DNA of 64,000 bases from Catajapyx aquilonaris (lineage: Eukaryota): contig KZ537967.1 in the NCBI GenBank assembly GCA_000934665.2, positions 1-64,000 on the forward strand, written 5' to 3'. Within the stretch, counting starts at the first letter, position 1; every line of letters starts with the position of its first letter. Shown here piece by piece: positions 1-10,707 of this stretch. The notes beneath the pieces are model-generated. The model was not told the DNA's origin. It did not search any database and saw nothing but the letters and a program-made list of their open reading frames with translations. Both the position numbers and the translations under genes were made by a program.

Positions 1-809
1 CCTTTTAGTCGAAAATACCATTCGACATAGCCCAGTAGGGTAATTTCAAGACGGAGGTCATAGGTCACAAACTAGTGACCTTATGACCTCCTTCATGCTA
101 CCAATCGACTTGTCGACCTCGAAATATGCGGAAATGTCACCAACATTGCCATGGAGAGGCAATTTGGAATTTACACAAAATAAATGACATTTTTTTTCAA
201 AAATGGCCGCCATTTGACCCCACAAGGTCAGGGGACAGGGTGCTGCGGGTCAAATTGATCGTCTTGGTCTATAGAACGTCTGTGCAAAGTGGCTTGCTTT
301 CTGCAAGATTTTGCAGCATATGACCGTGTTTCCTGTTGTACCGCTTCCACTATATGCATGTTCTATGTTACTATGTAGAAGACTATAGATGATTTTTTTA
401 ATTAGCACATACTGACAAGTGCACACCCACATTGTTCCGACAACAATATTACCAGAGTTAAGCCGCACTTACATGTGAGCCATTCAACCAGCGATGTTGC
501 AGCGATGAGACCAATTGTTTGGGATGAAAATACATTGTTACCACGATTATTACTTTTGCTTCGCGATGACATCGATCTGCAACTTCGCTGATCAAATAGC
601 TCGCATGTAAACACAGCCTCGGAGTGAAAAAATAATTCCTCCCCGGCAACCTTTGAGGTTTATTCCAGAGCCTTGGCAATGTTGCAAACGTCTGCGTAAT
701 GTTGGAAACAAGTGCAGCGATTACCACCTATTATTGATAATGCCAACTTTTTCCACTGTGATTGTGCTCGTAAACATGAGCTAACCCTTCATACATGAGC
801 CATACTTAC

Positions 810-905
810 AATCACCTCGACATCCTCCTTTTTGATGGAAACTTTCAGAAGTTCCTGCTCCTTAGCCATCTTCTCAGCTACCTCTTTCCCAATCATGGTC
901 ATGGC
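810..905 (-). CDS. HYPK: HYPK coding exon 2 (C-terminal UBA-like exon not found in window; gene is 3'-partial)
   Basis: Acceptor tttcag, 96 nt in phase 0, AMTMIGKEVAEKMAKEQELLKVSIKKEDVEVI (matches the HYPK ..ELAKVTIKKEDLELI region), donor gtaagt. Confidence 0.9.
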
Positions 906-1080
906 CTGAAATCAATAATGAAAACTACAGTAATCAAGAAAAAAAAAAAGATATTTGAATTTTGAAAACCTGTATTACATCCTCACCATTCGAAAGGAAG
1001 ACTACCATTGATAGTCGAGTACAGTGGATTCTGTGATTTGACAACCCACCAGAGAACTCCAGAGAGAGGCCAATACGTAC

Positions 1081-1230
1081 GCATGATATGTCGTTGGAGG
1101 AGGATATTTCCTTCTCCTCGGCGTAGTCCGTCACTTTCTCCAGGTCCGCCGCTCCGCTGTCGTGCTTGGCCGACTTCTTCGCCTTCTCCTTCTGTGGCTC
1201 CCCGTCCACCCTCTCGTCATCGTCCGCCAT
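1081..1230 (-). CDS. HYPK: HYPK (huntingtin-interacting protein K, NatA-associated), coding exon 1
   Basis: ATG at 1230 gives MADDDERVDGEPQKEKAKKSAKHDSGAADLEKVTDYAEEKEISSSNDISC. KHDSGAADLE.VTDYAEEKEI is the HYPK signature. 150 nt, followed by donor gtacgt. Confidence 0.93.
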
Positions 1231-1331
1231 TGTCCCTCTCGGTCGGTGTGCCTGGTGGACACAAGAGAACCTTCCTCTTCCCGGCGGCCTTTTCCGTTCA
1301 AGAGCGACGAGCAAACACGCCGAAAGGAACA

Positions 1332-1342
1332 GCCGCCATCTT
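1332..1342 (-). promoter_or_regulatory. YY1/Pho-like motif near the HYPK transcription start
   Basis: AAGATGGCGGC on the minus strand about 100 nt upstream of the HYPK ATG in GC-rich sequence. Motif match only. Confidence 0.35.
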
Positions 1343-3403
1343 TTAGAACAGCCGGTGCGCCGAAAGAAGCGGAGCAGTTGGAGAATAACGGCTACCGGGA
1401 GGAGCGGCTACCTTTAAAAAAAAAGCAGTTTCGCTGTTCGTTGAATCAGGGTTGCCACAACGGATCAGCATCGCCAACAGCACCCCCGCTCAATTCAAAA
1501 CTGTGCGAGTCAACAATAAAGAAATGTTGAGGTCACAACATGCGCGAGAAAAAATAACAAACTGGCATGCAAATGGCGTTATTAACCGAAAGTGCAAAAG
1601 CGAATCCGCCTATTCGCAATAGGACAAAAACCCACTTTGCGCAATAAATCCTAGGGAGTGGCATTATTCGGAGGGGGGAGACATGAACACAAGAAGCACT
1701 TTAAAGGACAGCAAACAGGTGTGTCCACCGCCTAATATAAAATACCCTCAAAAAATATAATTACTGTTCACTCTCTAATGAGTGTCACACTTCCTTCACC
1801 GTTATGTTAAGAGGGAAGGTCCAAAGGACAAGGATAATGCCGCTGTATAGAGGAAAAAGGACCCCCCCATCCAAAGCAATTGCGCCGCCCAACTGGCGCC
1901 GAAATTCAGGCACGTGTGGTGGAAATTCCGAGAGTGGCGCCTGAAAGACCCCCTCTCTTCATCCTTCCCCCCCCCCCCCCCCNCCCCCCCCCCCCCCTAC
2001 CATCCAACTCTCTTTTTCTTCTGGCATAGACCCACACGCTCTTTGATGGGGGATGCTGCACCAAAAACCATCTGACCAGTAAGGAAGAAGGTATAGGGGG
2101 GCACGCACACACTTTGACACTTGGAGGAATCGTGACGCACCTTCAGGGGTTCTTGTACCGTTATAAAAGGGGGACCGTAATCTAAATTATTTGAGAAGAT
2201 TTCCGCATCGTGCGTGGAGAGCCCACACTAATGCGTAATGACTATTTTTTAGTTATAAAAAATAAGTTTAAAATCGCTTAAGCATGTGTAGGCTAGGTGT
2301 TTCCTAATGCCAGAATTTGCAAAAATTAGGTATAAATAATTATATAAATAAATATTGAATGTATGACGATCACATTAGCCAAACAGTCAGTAGCCAGAAA
2401 ATAATTAATATTTCCCATCTTTTTTCTGAATTATGCTAAGTGCACTCTAATTGCATTACATATGCTTCTTATTCGATGCGGAAAAACGTGGGTATTGAAC
2501 AATTGACCTCCTTAAAAAAATGATTTACGGTCACTGGCGGCCTCGATTATTGGTGTGGAATATTCCAATGTAACACAATGATACAGTACTGACAGAGGTC
2601 TGTTTATTTATTGACTATTCTTGACCACTGCACATTAGTCAACATTGTTGTTTACAAACATTTCGGTTACTTTCGAAATGCTAACCTATAATGTGGGCAT
2701 ACCCCACGTACGGAACAAAAAAAAAATAGTGCGCATACATTCATTGACATATTGACACATGTTCATATCATTAAAAAATTTCCCACTCAAAGTTGTAAAT
2801 TACATGCCCAAAAAGGGTGTGTTTTTTTGCCCAAATAAATCCGGATTCTCGAAGGTGACAAAAAAATGCGATAATGAGGATGCCCAAAAATTTACATATG
2901 GCTTATCAATACTTCGAGGGGGGGGGGGGGAAAGGGTCAGAAAGTACCTCAGTACAACAAAGAGGGACTGCTTGACCGCGCCCTCCAAATGTGGGTGTGG
3001 TCACTTGATGGCCGCCCAGTTGGGGTCCCAAACCCGACAAAAACATGTACAACTCTAGTGACCTTGCACCCAACGGAGGTTGAGGTAGCTGGGGTTGGCC
3101 TTTTCCCTTTTTTTTTGTATATCCAAAACTGATTGGAAACACTGCGGAAGAATCATAAATACATGGTGAACCGTGACAAAGTCTTAACAGAGTGGTCCAA
3201 AAATGTTCGCACTTTTTTGCGGACACTGCAAAAAAGTACGCTAATTCAGATAGCGCACGACCTAGGTTCTTATCAGGTGGGACCGGTCCTGTTTTATGAC
3301 CCGGTACACACACACAACACGTAATTAAAGACACTCCCCAATTAGTCTTTGGGTGACATGTCGAGTGGCACTTGCAGACAATAAATATAAAGTGTGTAAG
3401 TTC

Positions 3404-4459
3404 TCACAGAGACAAGAACTTCATGAGAGCTTCGTATATGACTTTAGGATTTGTTGTACCGTCAGCGGTGTACCGGACCCCCCTGAGAAAACCATCGTCC
3501 TGATGAAGCACACCGTACTCCCCAACGATGTAACCTTCGGGTGTCCTCTCTTCCACACGGTACTTGCGATAGTCACGTCCTTCCAGCACATACCCGAACT
3601 TGTTGGCGTCGTCAGTACCGTTGAACAGCGTATGAACACGACCGTTTGTCCTCACGTTCAGCCATTCCGGTGCTTCGTAGTTTCGCTCCGGTTCTTCGTA
3701 GTTCCTCTCTGGAGACTCGTAGTTCTGCTCAGGTTCCTCGTAGTTCTGTTCCGGCTGCTCGTAGCTCACTTCCTGATGACGGTTCTCAGCCTGGTGGTGG
3801 TTCCGAAGTACCGGTTGTGTCCAGGGGTATCCGTACGAGCGACTAACAGGAGTCGCTTGCTTTTTGGTCGCCTCTGGGAAGAACAGTGGTCCGTAGTCGC
3901 TGCCGAGCACACGATCGCCCAAAATGCTGTCTTCGTTAAAGAACGACGGTGATGACTCTTCGTCTGAATGACGACGTTTGGGTTCGGCTACGGAGCTGGA
4001 GCTGAACGACACACCACCTGAAGGATGCTTGGTGTACCGCACTTGCTTCGGTTCAGTCATGTTCATCTTAAAAGTGGGTTCCACATTGTAGAACGACTGG
4101 TACAGGGTGCTACGTGGTGTTGTGGACGGCCCGGTCATCCTAGACGAGCTGGTCACCACCACCTGGACAATGCGGGATTCCGCGTAGTCTGAATCCGTCT
4201 CTGAATCTTCAGATGTGCTGGATTCAGACGAGTCAGTGGTCGTCGGAGTCTCAGTGGTCGTTGTCTCAGTGTCTCTTTGGCGATGTCCCCAGAATTCCAT
4301 ATCATCCGGATCTTTGGCCTCATGTAGCCTCTTCATCATGTTACGACGTGACATGGCCCAGGACAGGAACTCACGTCCGGATATAGGTCCGTCGTGTAAT
4401 CGACCATCGACTGGCCTGGTCATCGGTGACCCCATCGGAGTCCAGCAGAACAGTCCTAT
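3404..4459 (-). CDS. CP-A exon 2: secreted cuticular protein with a divergent C-terminal R&R/chitin_bind_4-like domain (about 362 aa total)
   Basis: Acceptor ctttcag, then in phase 0 IGLFCWTPMGSPM... Contains an S/T/acidic tract, YEEPEQN repeats and the C-terminal KFGYVLEG..YRVEERTPEGYIVGEYGV....GFLRGVRYTADG (Gx8-Gx-Y..G....V.Y.AD pattern). Stop at 3404. Confidence 0.85.
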   Translation of the reverse strand: MGLFCWTPMGSPMTRPVDGRLHDGPISGREFLSWAMSRRNMMKRLHEAKDPDDMEFWGHRQRDTETTTTETPTTTDSSESSTSEDSETDSDYAESRIVQVVVTSSSRMTGPSTTPRSTLYQSFYNVEPTFKMNMTEPKQVRYTKHPSGGVSFSSSSVAEPKRRHSDEESSPSFFNEDSILGDRVLGSDYGPLFFPEATKKQATPVSRSYGYPWTQPVLRNHHQAENRHQEVSYEQPEQNYEEPEQNYESPERNYEEPERNYEAPEWLNVRTNGRVHTLFNGTDDANKFGYVLEGRDYRKYRVEERTPEGYIVGEYGVLHQDDGFLRGVRYTADGTTNPKVIYEALMKFLSL

Positions 4460-7400
4460 CTGAAAGTGGAAATAATGGCAATTAATTGGCTACCATTTTG
4501 CCCACGACAGTACACCCCCTGATAGGAATCCCCAAACGTCCTTGCCCGAAGGTACAATCCCGTACAAGGTCGCTCAGACCTATACTTCACCGCTACATTA
4601 GAAAATGTACCGCAACCGGTACCGATCACATTTTTTTTAAAAAACCGAAGCAGCGACCTGCTGGTCACATTCAAACATATACAAATCCTATTAAAAAGTA
4701 ACAATGAACCCAAAATGACCACCGGCAAAGAATGCCTGGATGCATATTAATTTCCAAAATTAAGACCACTTAATTTTGACATTTACGACTTTGTTTGCAG
4801 GGGATGGGGGGGCCTGATGGTACAAGAAGGTCAGGTCGTGCATATCTTTACTAGGAGCAAAGCCCTTGGTGAAGGCCACGGATGTCGCACTTTGTTCTAG
4901 CTTAAGATAGCCTTTTGTGTATCCATCCGAAAAAAACGGGGTGTAAATACCTCAGGTAACTACTTTTTTTTAAAATTAAAAAAAAAGTTTGCAACAGATG
5001 ATCTCAACAAGGACGTAATTTTTCTTCGGTGTAGGCCGAAATGCCTTGCGGATAGGACCCGAACTAGTGTATAGAAAGTTTGTCCCACGACATTTCTCTG
5101 TTAACCTTGCACTCTCAGATATACTTGGGCAACTATATAATAAAAAAAAGTTTAAAAAGTGGCACGACCTTTCCTTCACCCTTTACCTGCAAGCAATACA
5201 TTTTTTTTAAACACAGGGCATGAAGTCATCCACAAAATTCATGATTACTGCTACCGAGTTTATTGGCGTCTGAAATGGGCTATTAGAGACCAAATAATAA
5301 GAAAAAGAGGGACACGCCCAGAGTGTTTAAAAAAAAGCGACGATTCGAATAGTCGGAGGTCACCAGGTAGAGGTCATCTAACCGGAACTTGATGGCAGTC
5401 TTAGTGACGTGTCTACTATAGTCTTGCACTTAGGGTGTTACCCAGATGCCCATGATAGTACTACAGCAAATAGTGCCATACCAATTCCGTCAGAAGAATT
5501 TTCGCCCGAAGATATTACACCCGGCGATATAATCACCGCAATTATAATCCGACGTACAGGGTGAACCAAAAACACTTTACATACCTAACGCAAATAAATT
5601 TTCATCATAATCCCACGTGTATCTACACAGAATTTGTTGCAAAACTTGATGCAATTTCTCTAGGTCAGAAGTCCCACCCATTTCGGTATGGTTTTCCAAC
5701 AGTTGGCCCCCCGGAGGCAGGGAAATGCGACGTGTAGTTAGCATGAAACAAAAACATTTCATTTTGGCATGTCCACGTGGGTGATGGCGCCGGGCTCTTT
5801 CGCAATCGTTGCTTTCGCACACACCGTGTATGTTGAAATAAAAAGATGTATCTACTTCTCTTGGAGGACACTGATGATGCTCCAGTTTTCGCCCTCTCAT
5901 ATATAGGATGCGTGTTTGTCCACTTTGGGACTTTCAACCTTGGGTGTCGCGAAGGTGAGCCAGTCGACACTGATTGCGAACTCATCCAGATGAGCAGTTG
6001 ACAATTTCTTGGCGCACTGATGAGCTCCTTATTTTTTTAAAGCAGTTATACTTGTAAGGACATAACAAGTGCTGTTTTCATTTTTTTTTTAAATCACATA
6101 TCTTAAAAATGGTCAAGCAAATGAAGTAATGTGATAAAAATTGGTGGCAGCTAACCGGAAAAGCACTGCAATTTTGAGGTTGGTATCTGGCATGTTGCCA
6201 GCACTTGTTTTTGAATATTACAGATCCACCGTGACAGCGTCCTGTTCAATTTACTTCAGCGATAGGTATCATGCAACATCTGCAATTTACTGCAACCTTG
6301 CTAAGGGCAACTCACGACGTCACTCCAAAAAAAAAACTCCATAACGCCCCGGTTATAATATATTATTCTCCAATCTCTCTCCCAGCACATTATTGTTTAC
6401 AAGGTGCCAAATCTAAATGGCAATCTTGCCGCATGTGTGACACATTTGTACAGTATGTTCAAGATGTACGTTCAGAAATGTTTTCTCACCCCGCCCTTTA
6501 CAGCCCTTCCATTTTATATACGAAAAGGTGTTAATGAGCAGCAGAGTCCTAATGATTTTTTTTCTTCTTCTCTTCCTTCTTTGCAACTTAATCCTTTTTT
6601 TTTTTCACGTTTCGAACCAGTGAAGACGAAAGGCGTTGCCAAACATTCCAGTGTCCGTTGTAAGGGGGGGGGGGGAACCCTGTTTTGTTGCGGTGTGAAT
6701 TAGCATAACTGAAGGCCGCGAAGGTCAAGGAAACTTTCCGCTCCATAAAGCTCCGATCGGAGCATGAGATGGACCGCTCTTTCATTTGACACGAGTCCTG
6801 GTGTCAACCTGTCTGGGTTACGTAACTTCGTGGACATCATCAGCCAGTCACGTGGACAAAAGATTCAATTTGCAAGAGTTGTTTTTTTGCGACAAGATTG
6901 TAGAGCAATGCCAAAAAAAACTACATCATTATTATCAGCTGTATGTATAATATTTATCATCTACATTATTAGCAGATAATAACAGCTAGCGGTAAAATTA
7001 TCAGCCGATTATAAAATTGATGCTTAAATTTCGAGTTAGATGCTTATTTAATGTGTAATTAATGTAACAGCTAGTACAGGTAGTCATTTAATTTGTTATT
7101 TTATTTTATTTATATAACAATCCACTGATTAAAAGTATAATAAAGAGGCTAATTCGTAAATTAGATACTAATTTCAGTGTGAAATAAAATTACAAATTCA
7201 ATTAATACTCACATTATCATATTAATTACAAATGAAGCTAAGTCCCCCAAAAAGGGTTATGCCCTCGTAAGGGGCTACATAATTAATAAATAGATAAATA
7301 AATAAGTAAGCAGCTAAGTCAGAGCCATAATATTCTTATAATGCTGTAACTATTTAGAAATTTTAAAGTAGCTGCTAATTTTAGTCCAATTCATGTACAT

Positions 7401-8926
7401 CGTCAATGTTATTTCCAGGTTATTTCACATCTACTTTCATGTAGTAATTTAGGCACTGGTGGTTAATTTTATTGTATTAGCGCAACATGTTAATTTTAGC
7501 CTCTGGTACTAATTTTATTGGGTGCCAATTTCAATGTTAGATGCTAATTAGTGACAGTTACTCCAATTTTTCTGGATCTACTATGCTGTGCTGTGAAATA
7601 GGAAGTGATGAGAACAATAGGCACTTAACCCCCGAAGGGCGTGCACATCTTCTAAGGTGATGTCACCCTGAAAAGACCTTGCCCTGAAAACAATTGCGCA
7701 CATATTATTGGCACGTGTTAAAAATATCAGTCATTTTTTTATACAGATTTACTTTACGTAGTAGTGCAAGTGCAGTCAACTCAGCAGGTCACTAACATTC
7801 CCACAGCTCATGATGGATGCTTCCCCCTCCACATAGTTTTCTCTTTCCGTGACAAACGATGAAACTTGGCGAAAATGGCCTGGGGCAAGGTCGAGTCTTA
7901 CACACACACACACACACACGTACCGCAAACGACCTCCGCTTTTACGTCACCCCTGACTGATGCTGATGAATCCTTCTTAAACTTGTCCTCCAGCCATTGC
8001 CAAGTGATAACCCGGATTCCGCACTTGATGGACTTGGCCTTGCTTTATTCCAAACAGCTAATTGGCCGAATCCAATCGCTTATTCCATATTGCTGCAGGT
8101 GAATATATATGATTTTTTAAAAAATGGGCGCAACCCAGTGAGCAACACAGTTCGCGCAAATTATTTCCAACACTACGTTTAAGGGGGTAACAATATGGCC
8201 GAAGTGCTCAGTGTGTTTACTCCAGCAACCAGTTCAAAGAGAAGCCTAATATAATCCAACAAATTAACTGCTTGAAGCAACAACAATGTTGATTTTTTTT
8301 TTCATGACAAATTTTGGTGTGAATTGAACCACGGTTGGAAATACTTTAAGCTTCCAAAATAGTGTGTCAACTAAACGCATGCCAACGGAGCCGCTTCCAT
8401 AAATCGAGTTCCCCATGGAGATTCCTCCACCAGATTTTGTGGGTCGCGTTTGCATCCAAATTATTCAATTAGCCTGAGGTGTCAGTAGCAGCGGTGCAAT
8501 ATTTATGCGTGTCTGGCTATAGAATCAGGGGACATATCCCTTCCTTTTTTTATATATATCAAAATTGGACGCGGAGACCCCAGGAGATGAAAAGGGAAGC
8601 TGGGGGGAAAGGACCGTCCCCTGCAGCTTTTCAAGAAGGCAAGAGGAGTAGCCCTTCCCAAACCCGGATGAGATTTGCATCTGGAATGAGACGAGGGGAG
8701 ATTCAATTTACCTACTTGTTTTGTACGCCAAGACTGGCCTCCTGATTCATGCGGGTAATGACTTGGCCCGATTCAATTTGGGCGACGCTCACGTCACAAA
8801 ATGGCCTATACAAGTTTGGGCCGGACAAACGGTTCGTCCCTAGATGCACGATGAGTATAAATTAATTAGAGACTGTGAAGTTAGCTGGTAATGGCCGCTA
8901 CAGGGTGACAAGGTGTCAAAATGAGC

Positions 8927-8996
<70 letters not shown>
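8927..8996. repeat. (TAA)n microsatellite
   Basis: About 23 perfect trinucleotide units. Confidence 0.97.
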
Positions 8997-9128
8997 TCCC
9001 TCTATAATAATAGCCTTTTTTTTGCCTCCGGAACGCTCCGGAAGGAGAATTGTCCCCGGTGAGTGCTGCCACCTTCTGATCACGGCACTAAATCCTCAGG
9101 CCTTGCCAAATTTTGGCTACGGGTGCGC

Positions 9129-9129
<1 letters not shown>

Positions 9130-9187
<58 letters not shown>
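9130..9187. repeat. (AGT)n microsatellite
   Basis: About 19 perfect trinucleotide units. Confidence 0.97.
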
Positions 9188-9310
9188 ATGTTTGTCCGAC
9201 CTGACAGTATCGCTATCTCTCGCACGACCTGTGGATGGCAGGAGTGTGCAGAGTAAGGGGGCGCCATCTACCGGCGAAAAATAGTACTACGTGGTAAATC
9301 GGACGACCGA
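9188..9310. mobile_element. Truncated second copy of the 38624-38822 MITE family
   Basis: Shares ATGGCAGGAGTGTG...GGCGCCATCTACCGG....AATAGTACTACGTGGTAAATCGG and the inner TIR part TGTTTGTCCGAC.TGA.AGTATCGC. Confidence 0.7.
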
Positions 9311-10674
9311 TTTTACATGATTTGCGAAAATTTTGGCGCCGGGTTCACTCATCTATATGTATAAAAGGCGAAGTTTTGCTTGTCCAGGTTGGTGTTTCGT
9401 CAAGTTGTTCGATTGGCAAAGTCACAATAACGTTCGTTGGGATGTGGCGCTTGCAACTAAAAGCATCGGGTAATATTGAGTTACAATGCTTGTTGAACAT
9501 AAAATTAACCGGTGGTTTTTCCCCCCAAAGAAAGGCAGTAAATCTTAGGCCGGCTACTTATTTTATTCGTAATTATCACGTCAAGTTATTGCCTGAAGCG
9601 ACAATGTAAATATCTGTTCAGAGCTTGGGAAAAGAAAAATCGAGTCGCGGATAATACGAAATAAATTCGCTGGCAGAAAAAACTAGCAATTTATCACGAG
9701 CAAAAATCGAGTGCGATAAAACATTTTGCACATTCCTTTTTCTACCCTCCTGACATTTTGCGCATCTCAGGAGATATATTTCGAGGGAGTCGTAATGGCG
9801 ATGGGTGGCACTCATCGCACTAACGCAATTCTCTCGGTACGGACCCTGGAGTGGTCGTTAAGAGTGTTACAAGTCAAGCAATTTTAAAGGTGACGCCAAC
9901 AAACTCCGGGTCAATTACCTCTGGACAACTTGGTCATTACGTGACTCACTGAAGTGTGGTTACAAAAAAAAAATCACATGTCAAAGAAGACATAATGCTC
10001 CGCTCGAATAGCATTCATCTTCGTACAGGGCAGACCATAAAGAGCAAACGAAATCATAGCGTATATTACAAGTCGTCACGCTCAAAAAAAGATAAACCAT
10101 TTTGAGACGTGCCATTTTTGGAATGATGGCCAGCATGCAAAAACCTTTTCCTCAACCTGCCTTCCTGACTAATGCAATAAAAAAAACAATGTAGGCCAGT
10201 TCTTCACAGCTATACAATGTGAGTAATGGGAGGCCACCTATGAGCAAATCTTAACCATCTGATGGCCATTAATTGGGCGGGACGCTACAAATCATTGCGA
10301 ATTGTAAAGCAGGGGGGGGCGAAATTTTCTTATTTCAAGTTCGCCTCCGGTTGTACTTTTCCCACCTACCCGAAGTCCAGGGTTGAAAACTGAAAGTTGA
10401 AAAATTTCTGCACACATGGCCATCGATCCAGAAGTTGCTCACATGTTGTTATGAAAAATATTACACCCACATAAATCAATTTGAATATGCGAAGGGCTCG
10501 GGAGAAAAACTGCCATAAAATTATTTTTAAAATGCAAATCTCAGCAAAATTCGCTGCAAGGCTTTCCAATAAAATTTGCAAACCTTGAATCCGCAACTCA
10601 GTAGCTCCAATTACCACCATGCAATAAAATTCAACTACATTTTTTTAAAAAAAAGTGGTTTTGTACCAACTTAC

Positions 10675-10707
10675 CAAGGTGAGGATGAGGATGTCCGAGG
10701 CGATCAT
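10675..10707 (-). CDS. CP-A exon 1 (signal-peptide start)
   Basis: accATG ATC GCC TCG GAC ATC CTC ATC CTC ACC TTG|gtaagt = MIASDILILTL. It joins in phase 0 to IGLFCW.. and completes a hydrophobic signal peptide, implying a 6.2-kb intron. Confidence 0.7.

Noticed and set aside
934..1314. 126-aa ORF as full-length HYPK
   Set aside because: Includes 5' UTR and intron read-through; HYPK homology continues only after splicing to 905-810.
1966..1998. Long poly-C/G runs containing N
   Set aside because: Homopolymers with uncertain base calls; length unreliable and no functional evidence.
5555..6230. Possible Tc1/mariner element starting TA-CAGGGTG (a similar lone end CACCCTG-TA near 31253-31261)
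   Set aside because: No matching second TIR nearby and no transposase fragment.
8875..9204. ORF with poly-Ile and poly-Ser
   Set aside because: Translation of (TAA)n and (AGT)n microsatellites.
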